Notes under the pieces: model-generated | What the model was told of the DNA's origin: nothing | What the model saw: only the letters and a program-made list of their open reading frames with translations | Databases searched by the model: none | Program-made: the position numbers and the translations under genes | Assembly (NCBI GenBank): GCA_051013385.1 | Contig: CP143273.1 | Coordinates: 1,696,001-1,760,000, forward strand | Source: Phormidium sp. | Lineage (GTDB): Bacteria > Cyanobacteriota > Cyanobacteriia > Cyanobacteriales > Aerosakkonemataceae | Direction: 5' to 3' | Length of the DNA stretch: 64,000 bases | Shown: piece by piece, positions 1 through 10,770 of the stretch | Layout of the letters: every line of letters begins with the position of its first letter | How positions within the stretch are numbered: the stretch's first letter is position 1

Positions 1-1
1 C

Positions 2-451
2 AAACCTCACGGAGATAGATTAATCTCGGAAGTAGGGGTTGATTATACAAACTTACAGCATTTGTTAGCTGCTGGGAAATGGAAAGAAGCCGATCGCGAA
101 ACTTGGGTCGTCTTATGTTTAGCTGTAGGGAAATCAGCTAATGCTTACCTACAGCTTAGTGACATTGAAAGACTACCTGACGAGGATTTACACACTGTCG
201 ATCGCCTTTGGGTAAAGTATAGTCAACAACACTTCGGTTTCAGTATCCAAGCATACATTTTCTCTGCTGTTAATGATGATTATGGACGGTTTTGTGAGGC
301 GGTTGGTTGGCCCGCACATCAAACCAATAATTCCTACTTAAAATTTAGCTTATCAGCCCCAGTGGGACATCTGCCCTCGCGCAGTTGGGTTGGGGGTTCT
401 CAGTGGTGGCGACATGAGGCAACTATGGCATCCAAACTCAGCAAACATTAA
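2..451 (+). CDS. GUN4-domain protein, C-terminal part (5' end outside window)
   Basis: Frame is open from base 2: KPHGDRLISEVGVDYTNLQHLLAAGKWKEADRET...DRLWVKYS..HFGFSIQ...PVGHLP, the typical GUN4 domain signature. Confidence 0.85.
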   Translation, partial: KPHGDRLISEVGVDYTNLQHLLAAGKWKEADRETWVVLCLAVGKSANAYLQLSDIERLPDEDLHTVDRLWVKYSQQHFGFSIQAYIFSAVNDDYGRFCEAVGWPAHQTNNSYLKFSLSAPVGHLPSRSWVGGSQWWRHEATMASKLSKH

Positions 452-612
452 ATTTCAGGAATTAATAGAGTGTCAATTATTCTCATCTAACTAAAAAGTA
501 AAATTTTTATTTTTTACTTTTGGTAAGTGTGGTCGCTTCCTGACACAGATAGATGTTGCCAAATTAGTTGATTGTTCTTCCAGGCAATCCCTAGCTTAAG
601 CAAGTCTTAATT

Positions 613-631
613 ATTGATAAAATTTTTCATT
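613..631. promoter_or_regulatory. Possible Fur/PerR-type box upstream of dps
   Basis: ATTGATAAAATTTTTCATT is an imperfect AT-rich inverted repeat resembling TGATAATnATTATCA, about 95 bp upstream of a Dps gene. Confidence 0.4.
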
Positions 632-724
632 AATTGCTAAAAGCCTAGTTGACTATTAAAAGGAAAGTGATAGATTGTCAATAGCTGCAACCAGACTCCT
701 TAAGTAACAGGAAAAGGGGAAAAC

Positions 725-1279
725 ATGACCCAAGCTTTAGGTTTGAGACAAGCCGTAGATCAGATCGCTGACAATCCAGTATTATTAGAAAAATCCGTTA
801 CTGGGCCTGTATGTGAAGGATTAAATATTGCCTTAGCTAGCTTTCAAGCGTTGTATCTGCAATATCAGAAACATCACTTTGTAGTTGAGGGTAGCGAATT
901 CTATTCTCTACATCAATTCTTTCAAGATAGCTATGGAGAAGTAGAAGGACATATTCATGAAATTGGTGAACGTTTGAATGGCTTAGGCGGTGTTCCTGTT
1001 GCTAGTTTCACCAAACTTGCTGAATTATGTTGCTTTACTCCCGAAGAAGATGGCATTTTTACTAGCCGATCGATGGTAGAACATGATTTACAAGCAGAAC
1101 AAGCTGTAATCAAAGTAATTAGAAGCCAAGCAGCACAAGCAGAGAGTTTAGGCGATCGCGCCACTCGTTATTTGTATGAAAAAATCTTGCTTGAGACAGA
1201 AGACAGAGCATTCCATTTAGCTCACTTCCTAGCTCATGATAGTCTGACTTTGGGTTTTGTGGCTCCTACTCATAATTAA
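725..1279 (+). CDS. dps: Dps family ferritin-like DNA-protecting protein
   Basis: [24 protein letters not shown]...HIHEIGER ferroxidase motifs of cyanobacterial DpsA; purine-rich RBS. Confidence 0.92.
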   Translation: MTQALGLRQAVDQIADNPVLLEKSVTGPVCEGLNIALASFQALYLQYQKHHFVVEGSEFYSLHQFFQDSYGEVEGHIHEIGERLNGLGGVPVASFTKLAELCCFTPEEDGIFTSRSMVEHDLQAEQAVIKVIRSQAAQAESLGDRATRYLYEKILLETEDRAFHLAHFLAHDSLTLGFVAPTHN

Positions 1280-1336
1280 TGGCAGAAGGAAATTAAGGTA
1301 ATACACTACGCTTTATAGCCATTTTTTAGGCATTCT

Positions 1337-1369
1337 AGATCCCCGACTTCTTGAAGAAGTCGGGGATCT
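1337..1369. repeat. 33-bp palindromic dispersed repeat (copy 1 of 4)
   Basis: AGATCCCCGACTTCTT-G-AAGAAGTCGGGGATCT, a perfect 16-bp inverted repeat; other copies at 34016, 51638 and 58737. Confidence 0.9.
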
Positions 1370-1385
1370 GGGCATAGATACTAAA

Positions 1386-1490
1386 ATAGGACTTACGCAC
1401 CATAAACCAAGAAACCCGGTTTTTCGTTACTACCCTGACGCTGAAATAACCTAATTAGGTTCAAAAACCGGGTTTCTGAGTAAGTCCTAT
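1386..1490. mobile_element. MITE-like miniature element with nested inverted repeats
   Basis: Outer IR ATAGGACTTACGCA / TGAGTAAGTCCTAT (1 mismatch); inner IR AGAAACCCGGTTTTT / AAAAACCGGGTTTCT. Confidence 0.65.
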
Positions 1491-1534
1491 AAGATATAGG
1501 AATTAGTTTAAAAGTTAGGTAAAAAAGGACGATT

Positions 1535-2545
1535 ATGCAATTTATCGATCAAGTAGAAATTGAAGTAGAGGCTGGTAAAGGTGGCGATGGAATTGTAGCA
1601 TTTCGCCGGGAAAAGTATGTTCCAGCTGGTGGGCCTTCTGGTGGCAATGGGGGCAGAGGCGGTTCTTGTATTCTTGTGGCTACTTCGGACTTGCAAACTT
1701 TGCTGGATTTTAAATACAATCATCGGTTTAAGGCTGAGGATGGTTCGCGTGGGGGGCCAAATAATCGCACTGGGGCGAATGGGAGCGATCGCATTATTCC
1801 AGTTCCCTGTGGTACCGTCGTTTATGATGCTCAAACTGACGAAATTTTGGGCGATATTGTGGAAATTGGGCAAACTATTTGTATTGCCGAAGGTGGCAAA
1901 GGTGGTTTAGGAAATCAGCATTTTCTCAGTAACCGTAACCGTGCCCCGGAATATGCTTTACCAGGTTTGCCGGGAGAAGTGCGACTGCTTCGTTTGGAAT
2001 TAAAACTGTTAGCTGAAGTGGGAATTATTGGGTTGCCAAATGCGGGTAAATCTACTTTTATTTCCACAATTTCTGCTGCTAAACCCAAAATTGCTGATTA
2101 TCCTTTTACAACTTTAGTGCCGAATTTAGGTGTAGTGAAAAAACCGGATGGTGATGGCGCAGTTTTTGCAGATATTCCCGGACTTATTGAAGGTGCTCAT
2201 TTAGGTGTGGGTTTAGGGCATGATTTTTTACGTCATATTGAACGCACTCGGTTATTGCTGCATTTAATTGATGCAACAGCGGAAGATCCGATCGCCAACT
2301 ATCAAACAATTCAAGAAGAATTATTAGCTTATGGACGGGGTTTACCTGAACGTCCGCAACTTTTGGCTTTGAGTAAAATTGATGCGATCGATCCTGCCCA
2401 AACTAATTTAGAAACACTGCGTCAACAATTGCAAGAATTGAGTGGAAATCAAGTTTTTCTCATTTCCTCTGCTACCCGTTCAGGATTAGACAATTTGTTA
2501 CCACAAATTTGGCAAGTATTGGAACAAACTGAAGTCTTAGTTTAA
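1535..2545 (+). CDS. obgE: GTPase ObgE/CgtA
   Basis: MQFID...[20 protein letters not shown]1 [17 protein letters not shown]. Confidence 0.97.
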   Translation: MQFIDQVEIEVEAGKGGDGIVAFRREKYVPAGGPSGGNGGRGGSCILVATSDLQTLLDFKYNHRFKAEDGSRGGPNNRTGANGSDRIIPVPCGTVVYDAQTDEILGDIVEIGQTICIAEGGKGGLGNQHFLSNRNRAPEYALPGLPGEVRLLRLELKLLAEVGIIGLPNAGKSTFISTISAAKPKIADYPFTTLVPNLGVVKKPDGDGAVFADIPGLIEGAHLGVGLGHDFLRHIERTRLLLHLIDATAEDPIANYQTIQEELLAYGRGLPERPQLLALSKIDAIDPAQTNLETLRQQLQELSGNQVFLISSATRSGLDNLLPQIWQVLEQTEVLV

Positions 2546-2840
2546 GCATTTTTTTGTGGGGCTCCGGGGGCAGGGGTTCTTTTGGGCACAGGAGAGGGTT
2601 TTTCGGTTTTTCTGATTCTTTTCTTGATTAACAGTTTTTTAGGTAATTATAACCGGAATTAAATTTCAAGCTCTGAATAGAACTTTTTACCTGATAAAAA
2701 AACTACCGCAAGACATAAAGGAGAAGAAAAGTTTGGGTAATTCTGCCAAAAGGCAGAGCAGGACAGGGGAAATTTAATGGGAAAATTAAATTGATTGGAT
2801 CTGCTGATTTAGTCAAGCAATTGCCATCTGGGTTAGAAAA

Positions 2841-5800
2841 ATGGAACAAGAAGAAATCATGAATAAAACCCTTGTCGATCGAATTGCTGCACTAGAACAG
2901 CGAGTTCAACAACTAGAAGACTTGGAAAGAGAATGCCAGAAAGAAAAAAAAGCACTGCAACAACAATTAAAGGAAATTAAGGATGATGGCGATCGCTTAA
3001 AACAATTAGAGCAAGTTGAGGATCATCTTCGCCAAACTGAAGAACGTTTACACTTAGCTCTCAACTCTGCCAAGATGATCGTTTGGGACACGAACTTAAA
3101 GACAAATCAAGTGGTATGTTGTGAGAATGCTCCCCAAATTTGGGGCATTCAAACAGGTACACAGGAAGAGTTTTTTGCCTTTGTGCATCCAGACGATCGG
3201 CAAAAATTAATCCAAGCTTACGAACGGGCTTTAGCTGGTGAAATTGCATATAATCAACAATATCGCGTAATTAGTCCATCGGGAAAGGTGCGCTGGCTCG
3301 ATAGTCAAGGAACTGTATATTTGGATGCAGCGGGAGAACCAGAACGCTTAATCGGGATTTCTGTAGATATTACCGATCGCAAACAAGTAGAAGCGGAATT
3401 ACAGGAAAGAGAGCAACGCTTTACTACCTTGTTTAATGGCATGGAAGATTGGGTTTTAGTATATCAAATTACGCCCGATTATCAGCCAGGAAAGTTAATT
3501 GAAGTTAATGAGCAAGCTTGTAAGCGGTTAGGTTACAGCAGAGAAGAATTATTAAATATGTCCGTTGCTGATATTGTAGATTCGCCAATCATAATGCCAC
3601 AAGTTTATATTGAGAAACTACAAACACTTAAACATATTGTCATAGAATCTATTCATCGTACCAAAACAGGTGAATTAATTCCTGTAGAAGTTAGTGCTAC
3701 TCTATTTATTCTTAATGGTTTACCGACAATTCAAGCGATTTGTCGTGATATTACTAAACGCAAACAAGCCGCAGAAATTCTCCGCGCTAGTGAGGAACGT
3801 TTAGTATTAGCAAATCAGGTAGGGAGAATTGGCAGTTGTGAATGGGACTTTGAAACGGGAAAATTAACTTGGTCGGAGGAAATGGAAGCCTTATTTGAAT
3901 TGGCTCCTGGCAGTTTTGAAGGTAGTTATGAACATTGGTTAAAACGGGTACATCCAGACGATCGCGCTCATGCCGATGCTGCCGCCCAACGTACTGCAAC
4001 TGAAGGGGTTGATTTTGATACGGAGTTTAGGATTCTACTTCCTGATGGGAGTGTGCGTTGGGTATTAGGTAAAGCGCAAGTATTCAACGACTCTTCAGGA
4101 AAACCCTATCGTTTGATTGGTGTAAATATGGATATTACCGATCGCAAACGAGTGGAAAAAGAACTACGCACAAGTGCTCAACGCTTAAGCTTAGCGTTAT
4201 CAGCTGCCAAAATGGGCGACTGGAGTTGGGATGCAATAACAGATATGGTGACATTTTCCCCCAGAGCAGCCCAAATGTTTGGCATTCCATCGGGAACTTA
4301 CATGAGTTGGACAAAGATGCGAAATTTATTGCATCCAGAAGATGGCGATCGCGCACAATTAGCAGTAGAACAAGCTATTAGAGAAAACAGTGATTATGAT
4401 ATTGAATATCGAGTAATTCATTCTGATGGGGAACAACTTTGGGTTGCTGTCAAGGGAAGGGCACAATACAATGCTTCCGGGCAAGTTTTGGGAATGTTGG
4501 GTGTGGTACAAGATATCACCCCACGTAAACAAGTAGAAGCGGAAAGAGAAGAATTATTGTTACGAGAAAAAGCCGCTAGGGTGGAAGCGGAAACTGCTAA
4601 AGAAAACATTAGTAAGGTTTTGGAAAGTATTACTGATGGTTTTGTAGCTTTCGATCGGCAATGGCGTTTCACTTATGTTAACCATGAAGGTAGTCGTACT
4701 TTAGGAAAATCTCCCCAAGAGTTGCTTGGAAAAAATCTTTGGGAGGAGTTCCCAGAACTAGCAGAAAGTAGTTTTGGTCGTTTGTATCTTCAAGCAGTTG
4801 CCCAAGGAACACCGTTAGAAATAGAAGATTATTATCCACCTTTTAAGGCTTGGTTTTCGGTACGTGCTTATCCCTCAGATGCCGGACTTTCCCTGTATTT
4901 TCGCAACATTAGCGATCGCAAACAAGCTGAAGCTGAAATTGCTAAGTTAAACCGCCATTTACAAAACCGAATTAATGAATTGCAAACTTTGTTTGAAGTA
5001 ATTCCGATCGGCATTTTAATTAGCGAAGATTCAGAATTTAAACAGGTACGTGCTAACCCTGCCTTTGCTAAAATTCTCGGAACTGCTATTAATGGAAATG
5101 CTTCCTCTACACCACCAGCAGGTAATTCTGTGCCGAAGTACAAAATTTTTAGTAATGGCAAAGAACTCGCCCCGGATGAAACACCTTTACGTTATGCAAG
5201 TATTCATAATGTTAATTTGCAAGGAGTAGAAGTTGATATTTTGCGCCCAGACGGAGTATTGTTTAATTTATATGGTTATACTTCTCCTTTGTTGGATGAA
5301 CAAGGTAAACCTAGAGGTGCGGTAGGAGCATTTTTGGATATTAGCGATCGCAAACGAATTGAAGCCGAACGCGAACAATTATTAGCTAGTGAAAAACTTG
5401 CCCGCGAACAAGCCGAAGCTGCTAACCGTGTGAAAGATGAATTTTTAGCAGTGCTTTCCCATGAATTACGAACTCCTTTAAATCCGATTCTTGGTTGGAC
5501 AAGACTGTTACAAAGTGGAAAATTAGACCAACAAAAAACTGCTTTGGCTCTGGCAACAATTGAACGCAATACTAAGTTACAAACTCAATTAATTGAAGAT
5601 TTATTAGATATTTCCCGGATTTTACAAGGTAAATTAACCCTGCACATATATCCAGTAGATTTAGCCATGACTATTGAAGCGGCGAAGGAAACAGTACGTT
5701 TAGCCGCTGAAGCCAAATTGATTGAAATTCGCACAAATTTAAAATCAGCTATCTCTGTGATGGGTGATGCCAACCGACTGCAACAGGTAGTCTGGAATTT

Positions 5801-6524
5801 ACTAAGTAATGCGGTAAAATTTACCCCAACTGGCGGATTAATTGATGTAAAATTAGAATCAATTGGCAGTTATGCTCAAATTACGGTGAAAGATACAGGC
5901 AAAGGAATTAGTCCTGAATTTTTACCTTATGTATTTGAGTATTTCCGGCAAGCAGATAGTTCGATCACGCGCAAATTTGGGGGGTTAGGTTTAGGTTTGG
6001 CGATCGCTCGGCAAATAGTAGAACTTCACGGTGGTACAATCAAAGTAGAAAGCCCCGGAGAAGGATTAGGTGCAACTTTTACAGTGCAATTACCCTTAAT
6101 AGTAGCTAACACACCAATCACTCAAAAAAATCAGGAACTTAATGATAATTTAAACTTGCAAAATTGGCAAATTTTAATTGTGGATGATGAAGCAGATACG
6201 CGAGAATTCATTGCTTTCCTATTGCAAGAATATGGCGCGAAAATCATCACCGCAGCCTCGGCAAAAGAAGCATTAACTTTGCTAGAGGAATTAACTCCAG
6301 ATTTATTAATTAGTGATATTGGAATGCCAGAAATGGATGGTTTCAGTTTAATGCGTCAGGTGCGATCGCTAAACCTAACGAAACAAATTCCCGCCATTGC
6401 TTTAACTGCTTACGCTAGTGAAGCCGACCAAAAACAGGCAATTAATTCCGGTTTTCAATTACATATTGCTAAACCTTTGGAAATAGAGCAATTAACTCAG
6501 GCAATTGTTACTTTACTAAGTTGA
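2841..6524 (+). CDS. Multi-PAS hybrid sensor histidine kinase with C-terminal receiver
   Basis: Repeated PAS/PAC (VHPDD, DITDRK), H-box SHELRTPL, N-box NLLSNAVKF, G-boxes DTGKG and GGLGLGL, receiver VDDE..SDIGMP..KP. Confidence 0.93.
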   Translation: MEQEEIMNKTLVDRIAALEQRVQQLEDLERECQKEKKALQQQLKEIKDDGDRLKQLEQVEDHLRQTEERLHLALNSAKMIVWDTNLKTNQVVCCENAPQIWGIQTGTQEEFFAFVHPDDRQKLIQAYERALAGEIAYNQQYRVISPSGKVRWLDSQGTVYLDAAGEPERLIGISVDITDRKQVEAELQEREQRFTTLFNGMEDWVLVYQITPDYQPGKLIEVNEQACKRLGYSREELLNMSVADIVDSPIIMPQVYIEKLQTLKHIVIESIHRTKTGELIPVEVSATLFILNGLPTIQAICRDITKRKQAAEILRASEERLVLANQVGRIGSCEWDFETGKLTWSEEMEALFELAPGSFEGSYEHWLKRVHPDDRAHADAAAQRTATEGVDFDTEFRILLPDGSVRWVLGKAQVFNDSSGKPYRLIGVNMDITDRKRVEKELRTSAQRLSLALSAAKMGDWSWDAITDMVTFSPRAAQMFGIPSGTYMSWTKMRNLLHPEDGDRAQLAVEQAIRENSDYDIEYRVIHSDGEQLWVAVKGRAQYNASGQVLGMLGVVQDITPRKQVEAEREELLLREKAARVEAETAKENISKVLESITDGFVAFDRQWRFTYVNHEGSRTLGKSPQELLGKNLWEEFPELAESSFGRLYLQAVAQGTPLEIEDYYPPFKAWFSVRAYPSDAGLSLYFRNISDRKQAEAEIAKLNRHLQNRINELQTLFEVIPIGILISEDSEFKQVRANPAFAKILGTAINGNASSTPPAGNSVPKYKIFSNGKELAPDETPLRYASIHNVNLQGVEVDILRPDGVLFNLYGYTSPLLDEQGKPRGAVGAFLDISDRKRIEAEREQLLASEKLAREQAEAANRVKDEFLAVLSHELRTPLNPILGWTRLLQSGKLDQQKTALALATIERNTKLQTQLIEDLLDISRILQGKLTLHIYPVDLAMTIEAAKETVRLAAEAKLIEIRTNLKSAISVMGDANRLQQVVWNLLSNAVKFTPTGGLIDVKLESIGSYAQITVKDTGKGISPEFLPYVFEYFRQADSSITRKFGGLGLGLAIARQIVELHGGTIKVESPGEGLGATFTVQLPLIVANTPITQKNQELNDNLNLQNWQILIVDDEADTREFIAFLLQEYGAKIITAASAKEALTLLEELTPDLLISDIGMPEMDGFSLMRQVRSLNLTKQIPAIALTAYASEADQKQAINSGFQLHIAKPLEIEQLTQAIVTLLS

Positions 6525-6565
6525 TTATGATTTACAGATTTACTATATACAGCAAATTGCAAGTT

Positions 6566-6713
6566 TGAAGTAGACCCCAGAAACCCGGTTTCTTCTGCGA
6601 AACCGGGTTTCTTTGTGAAGTAGACCCCAGAAACCGGGTTTCTTTGTGAAGTAGACCCCAGAAACCTAGACCCCAGAAACCCGGTTTCTTCTGCGAAACC
6701 GGGTTTCTTTGTG
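6566..6713. repeat. Tandem, partly deleted copies of the AGAAACCCGGTTTC palindromic repeat family
   Basis: TAGACCCCAGAAACCCGGTTTCTTCTGCGAAACCGGGTTTCTTTGTG occurs twice in full, plus truncated copies. Confidence 0.85.
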
Positions 6714-6977
6714 CCTCACTTACCATAAATCATGGTTGAGTTAGAGAAAAAACGGAATCGATATGACTACCAACTTTGCAAAACTTGAGAAATTCGCTAA
6801 CTATCGAAGCAACATAAATTGCTAATTTGGGAATAATAAAGCTGACGAGATTTTCTGCAAAGACTATGATAGGCTTGCGTTTCTCCCTTTGGCTCTGTTT
6901 CGATAGTCGGTAATCAACCTTTTTTATTCAAATTTACTACCAACTACCAGCTACCAATTAGCAACTACTGTAATACT

Positions 6978-9900
6978 ATGAAGATCGCAAAATCCGACTT
7001 AGCAAAAATTGTAGCCCAAGCTAGCTCTTTATCAGAGCGCCTGCCAATGCAGTCGTTTACAATTAATGATGCAGATCGTGGAGAATCACAACATCATCCT
7101 CGCCTCGATCGCTGGTGTCAAGTGGTGGCGCAAGGGAACTGGGAAAAGTTTGCTAAACGGTTAAATTGGGATGATTTGAATTTAGAACAAGCAAATCAAA
7201 TTGTGCGATCGCATCCGCCTGTAGATCTTGAAGAATTGCCAACTTGGGCAGAAACTTTAGATGAAATTATCCAAGCTGCTTGGTTATTTGTTAACGATCC
7301 AGAAAAAAGGGCAGAAATTTTCGCCTGTGAATTAAAAGATCACCATGATTTTGCTTATCAAGACGAATATAATTATCCAGCAACGAATCAAATCGATAAA
7401 CTACCGCTAGATCCCGGAATCAAATTACCCTTCAAAGAAGTATTACTTCCGGCGATTTCTGTAGCGAGGCAGAAATTATTAAATTCTCTGAATTATTCAC
7501 CATCTTTGCCTTTAGAATTACTTTCTCATTCAGCTTATTTTACTTTAGAACGCAATTTACTTAATCAACTATTAAATCTGAGTGGAAAAACTTTAGAATA
7601 TGAATTTGCGCGTTCTCGTCCTTTAGGGCAAAATTTGCTGAACTTGTTACGGCAATCTACTGGCGATCGCGCACAAATAAAAGTGCAATACGATGCTTTT
7701 CTCCACAAAGTTTTGCAAGATGGAATGCTAAATTTTTTCCATAATTATCCTGTGCTAGGTCGCTTAATAGCAACAGCAATTGATTTCTGGGTAGAAGCAA
7801 CAGCCATATTTCTCCAACGCTTGCAAACCAACTTAAATGAAATTCAGCAAGTATTTAACCCAGAGAAAAATTCTTTAAGCAAACTAGGGAAAGTTATTAA
7901 AATCAAACCTGCTCTTTCCGATCCTCATAATTCAGGGGATACTGTAATAGCTCTCACCTTTGAAAGTGGATTAAAACTAGTTTATAAACCCAAAAGTTTA
8001 GGAGCAGAAGTAGCTTATACCCAGTTTTTAGAATGGTGCAATCAGCAAGGAATTCCGTTGCATTTTAAAGTGTTAAAAGTCTGCGATTACCAGACTCATG
8101 GCTGGGTGGAATATGTAGAACATTTACCCTGTGAAGATGAAGCCGCAGCCAAGCGTTTTTATCAACGTTCTGGAATGTTATTATGCCTGCTTTATGCACT
8201 GCGAGTAGTTGACTGTCACCGGGAGAATTTAATCGCCAACGGAGAACATTTGGTGTTAATTGATATGGAAACTATCATGCACCAAGAAGTGAATCCTTTA
8301 GCTCAATTGCAGGAAGAAACAGAAGCCGAAACAACAGTAAATTTCCACTTTGCCGACTCAGTTTTACGCACAGGTTTATTACCCCGTTGGGAATTTGGAA
8401 AAAACAAACGTCTGGCTTATGACACCAGCGCTTTAGGTAGTGTTGAAGCGCAAATAACCGCACCAACAGAAGAACATGGAGAACCGAAAGATTTACAATT
8501 TTCTATTCCTCCCAATATACCAATCTTAAATAATTTTCCCCTTTCTCCCAATGATTATTTATCAGACATAATCACTGGATTTGAGCAAATGTATCACTTT
8601 TTAAGGGAAAAAAGAGAAAATTTGCTCGCATCTAATACACCATTATTATTAATGAAAAATCAGAGAGTGCGGTTTATCTTTCGCGCTACAAGAATTTATT
8701 GGACAATTTTACAAAAAACTTTTGCGCCACAATTTCTGCGTAATGGGATCGATCGCAGCATCGAACTAGACATCCTCGCTCGTGCTTTTTTAGTTACTAA
8801 CCAAAAACCTGAAGCCTGGTCAATATTTCATGCCGAACTTAAAGCAATGGAGCAAATGGATATACCCTACTTCGCCGCTTCTCCAGACAGTCTAGCCTTA
8901 ACAATTGGTGTAGATAAACCCATTGAACAATACTTTAAAGAATCCAGTTATCAGGAAGTAATTTCCCAATTACAAGCTTTAAACGAAACAAACTTAGCCC
9001 AACAAACAGAAATAATTAAAGGCTCATTTTATGCCAGAGTAGTACGAAATAGTTTAAGTAATAATCCCATAACTCCCAACCTATCCACCCTAGTTCCCAC
9101 AGATTTATCGCAACTTCAACCCTTAAGTAAAAAGCAATTAATTCAAGAAGCAACTCGCATTGCCACAGAAATTGAACAACGAGCCATTTGGGGAAAAGAT
9201 GACAGTGTTAAATGGATTAGTTTTGCCTACATTCCTAACGCCGAAATATTTCAACTAATGCCTTTACCAGAAGACCTTTACAACGGTAACGGCGGGATTG
9301 CCTTATTTTTATCAGCCTTAGATTATGTCAGAGGTACACAACAATTTCATCATCTAAGTTTAGCTGCCTTTCAATCAATTCGCAAATTTCTCCAAACTGC
9401 TGATTTTGAATCTACGCGCAGATTCGTGCGCTTAGGAATTGGCGGAGGTACAGGGCTAGGTTCTATCATCTACGCCTTAGTAAAAACTAGTCACTTTCTC
9501 CAAGAACCTACACTTTTAGAAAATGCTTTAGCTATTGCTAATTTAATTACTCCCGAACTCATTACTGCTGACAAACAATTTGATATTATGGGCGGTGCAG
9601 CCGGAGCAATTTTAGGATTATTGGCATTATACGCTCAAACAAAAGAACCAAATGTTTTAGCAACAGCTATTAATTGCGGTCAACATTTACTCGCTCATCA
9701 AACAGAACCTTTCAAACAAATTTATTATCCAAATCTGCCAATTGAAAATCCCAAATTAGGCAAAGCTTGGAACATTTTAGGACAGAAACATTACACAGGT
9801 TTTTCTCATGGTGCAGCTGGCATTGCTTATGCTCTATTACGGCTTTATGCAGTAACACAAAACGAAGCCTTTTTAACCGCAGCCACTGATGCTATTACTT

Positions 9901-10391
9901 ATGAGCATAGTGTCTTTTCTCCGACAGCCGCCAATTGGCCTGATTTTCGCGCATTTACTCAACAAAATGGTCAACCTGTTTTTATGGTGAGTTGGTGTCA
10001 TGGCGCAACTGGAATAGGTTTAGCCCGCTTGGGTGGCTTCTCAGTATTACAGACAAATCAAATAGAACAGGATATAGAAATTGCTTTGCAAACAACTAAA
10101 AAATATAGTTTGCAGGATGTGGATTGTGTTTGTTGTGGGAATTTTGGTCGCATCGAACTGTTGCAGGTAGCCGCAGAAAAATTATCCCGTCCCGATTTAA
10201 AAGAAATTGCCGAACAAAGAACCGCTTGGGCAGTGAATTGGGCAGAAAAATCAGGAGGATATAAATTACCCAATTTGCCCAACTCTGTATTTAGCCCCAG
10301 CTTTTTTCAAGGAACATCGGGAATTGGCTATGAATTACTCCAGTTAGCATACCCAGAACTGTTACCTTCCGTTTTGCTGTGGGATGAATAA
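6978..10391 (+). CDS. lanM: Class II lanthipeptide synthetase LanM (ProcM-like, CCG zinc motif)
   Basis: Dehydratase motifs LVYKPK, DCHRENL, IDMET, RFIFRATR; cyclase motifs GFSHGAAG, WCHG, CCG. Confidence 0.93.
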   Translation: MKIAKSDLAKIVAQASSLSERLPMQSFTINDADRGESQHHPRLDRWCQVVAQGNWEKFAKRLNWDDLNLEQANQIVRSHPPVDLEELPTWAETLDEIIQAAWLFVNDPEKRAEIFACELKDHHDFAYQDEYNYPATNQIDKLPLDPGIKLPFKEVLLPAISVARQKLLNSLNYSPSLPLELLSHSAYFTLERNLLNQLLNLSGKTLEYEFARSRPLGQNLLNLLRQSTGDRAQIKVQYDAFLHKVLQDGMLNFFHNYPVLGRLIATAIDFWVEATAIFLQRLQTNLNEIQQVFNPEKNSLSKLGKVIKIKPALSDPHNSGDTVIALTFESGLKLVYKPKSLGAEVAYTQFLEWCNQQGIPLHFKVLKVCDYQTHGWVEYVEHLPCEDEAAAKRFYQRSGMLLCLLYALRVVDCHRENLIANGEHLVLIDMETIMHQEVNPLAQLQEETEAETTVNFHFADSVLRTGLLPRWEFGKNKRLAYDTSALGSVEAQITAPTEEHGEPKDLQFSIPPNIPILNNFPLSPNDYLSDIITGFEQMYHFLREKRENLLASNTPLLLMKNQRVRFIFRATRIYWTILQKTFAPQFLRNGIDRSIELDILARAFLVTNQKPEAWSIFHAELKAMEQMDIPYFAASPDSLALTIGVDKPIEQYFKESSYQEVISQLQALNETNLAQQTEIIKGSFYARVVRNSLSNNPITPNLSTLVPTDLSQLQPLSKKQLIQEATRIATEIEQRAIWGKDDSVKWISFAYIPNAEIFQLMPLPEDLYNGNGGIALFLSALDYVRGTQQFHHLSLAAFQSIRKFLQTADFESTRRFVRLGIGGGTGLGSIIYALVKTSHFLQEPTLLENALAIANLITPELITADKQFDIMGGAAGAILGLLALYAQTKEPNVLATAINCGQHLLAHQTEPFKQIYYPNLPIENPKLGKAWNILGQKHYTGFSHGAAGIAYALLRLYAVTQNEAFLTAATDAITYEHSVFSPTAANWPDFRAFTQQNGQPVFMVSWCHGATGIGLARLGGFSVLQTNQIEQDIEIALQTTKKYSLQDVDCVCCGNFGRIELLQVAAEKLSRPDLKEIAEQRTAWAVNWAEKSGGYKLPNLPNSVFSPSFFQGTSGIGYELLQLAYPELLPSVLLWDE

Positions 10392-10770
10392 AGATTATGT
10401 AAAGTTTTGTATGAGACAGTACTCACTAGATTTTAATCACTTAATTCCAGTACAGAATTGTACCTATTTTCCATCTAATTAAATAAAAAGCCTTTACGGT
10501 GTGCTAATAATCACAACTAGTTAACAAAACTATAAAAATATTTTACCGTAAATTTACGTATATTTATTGCCAAAATTGTTGAAAACTTCAAGAAGTTTTT
10601 ACGATTATTTTATGCTTATTTAAAAATATTGAGGTTAAACTTTATTTAAGATTTAAAAACTGCTTTAGTGAGAAAAAAAATTAGATCGATCGAGCCGAAT
10701 TTAATTAATTGAACAAGAAATTCTGCTCAGTCTAGATAAGTCAAACTGCTGATTATTATAAATAAAAGTC

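Noticed and set aside
6532..6726. 64-aa ORF upstream of lanM as a precursor
   Set aside because: Made almost entirely of the AGAAACCCGG repeat family
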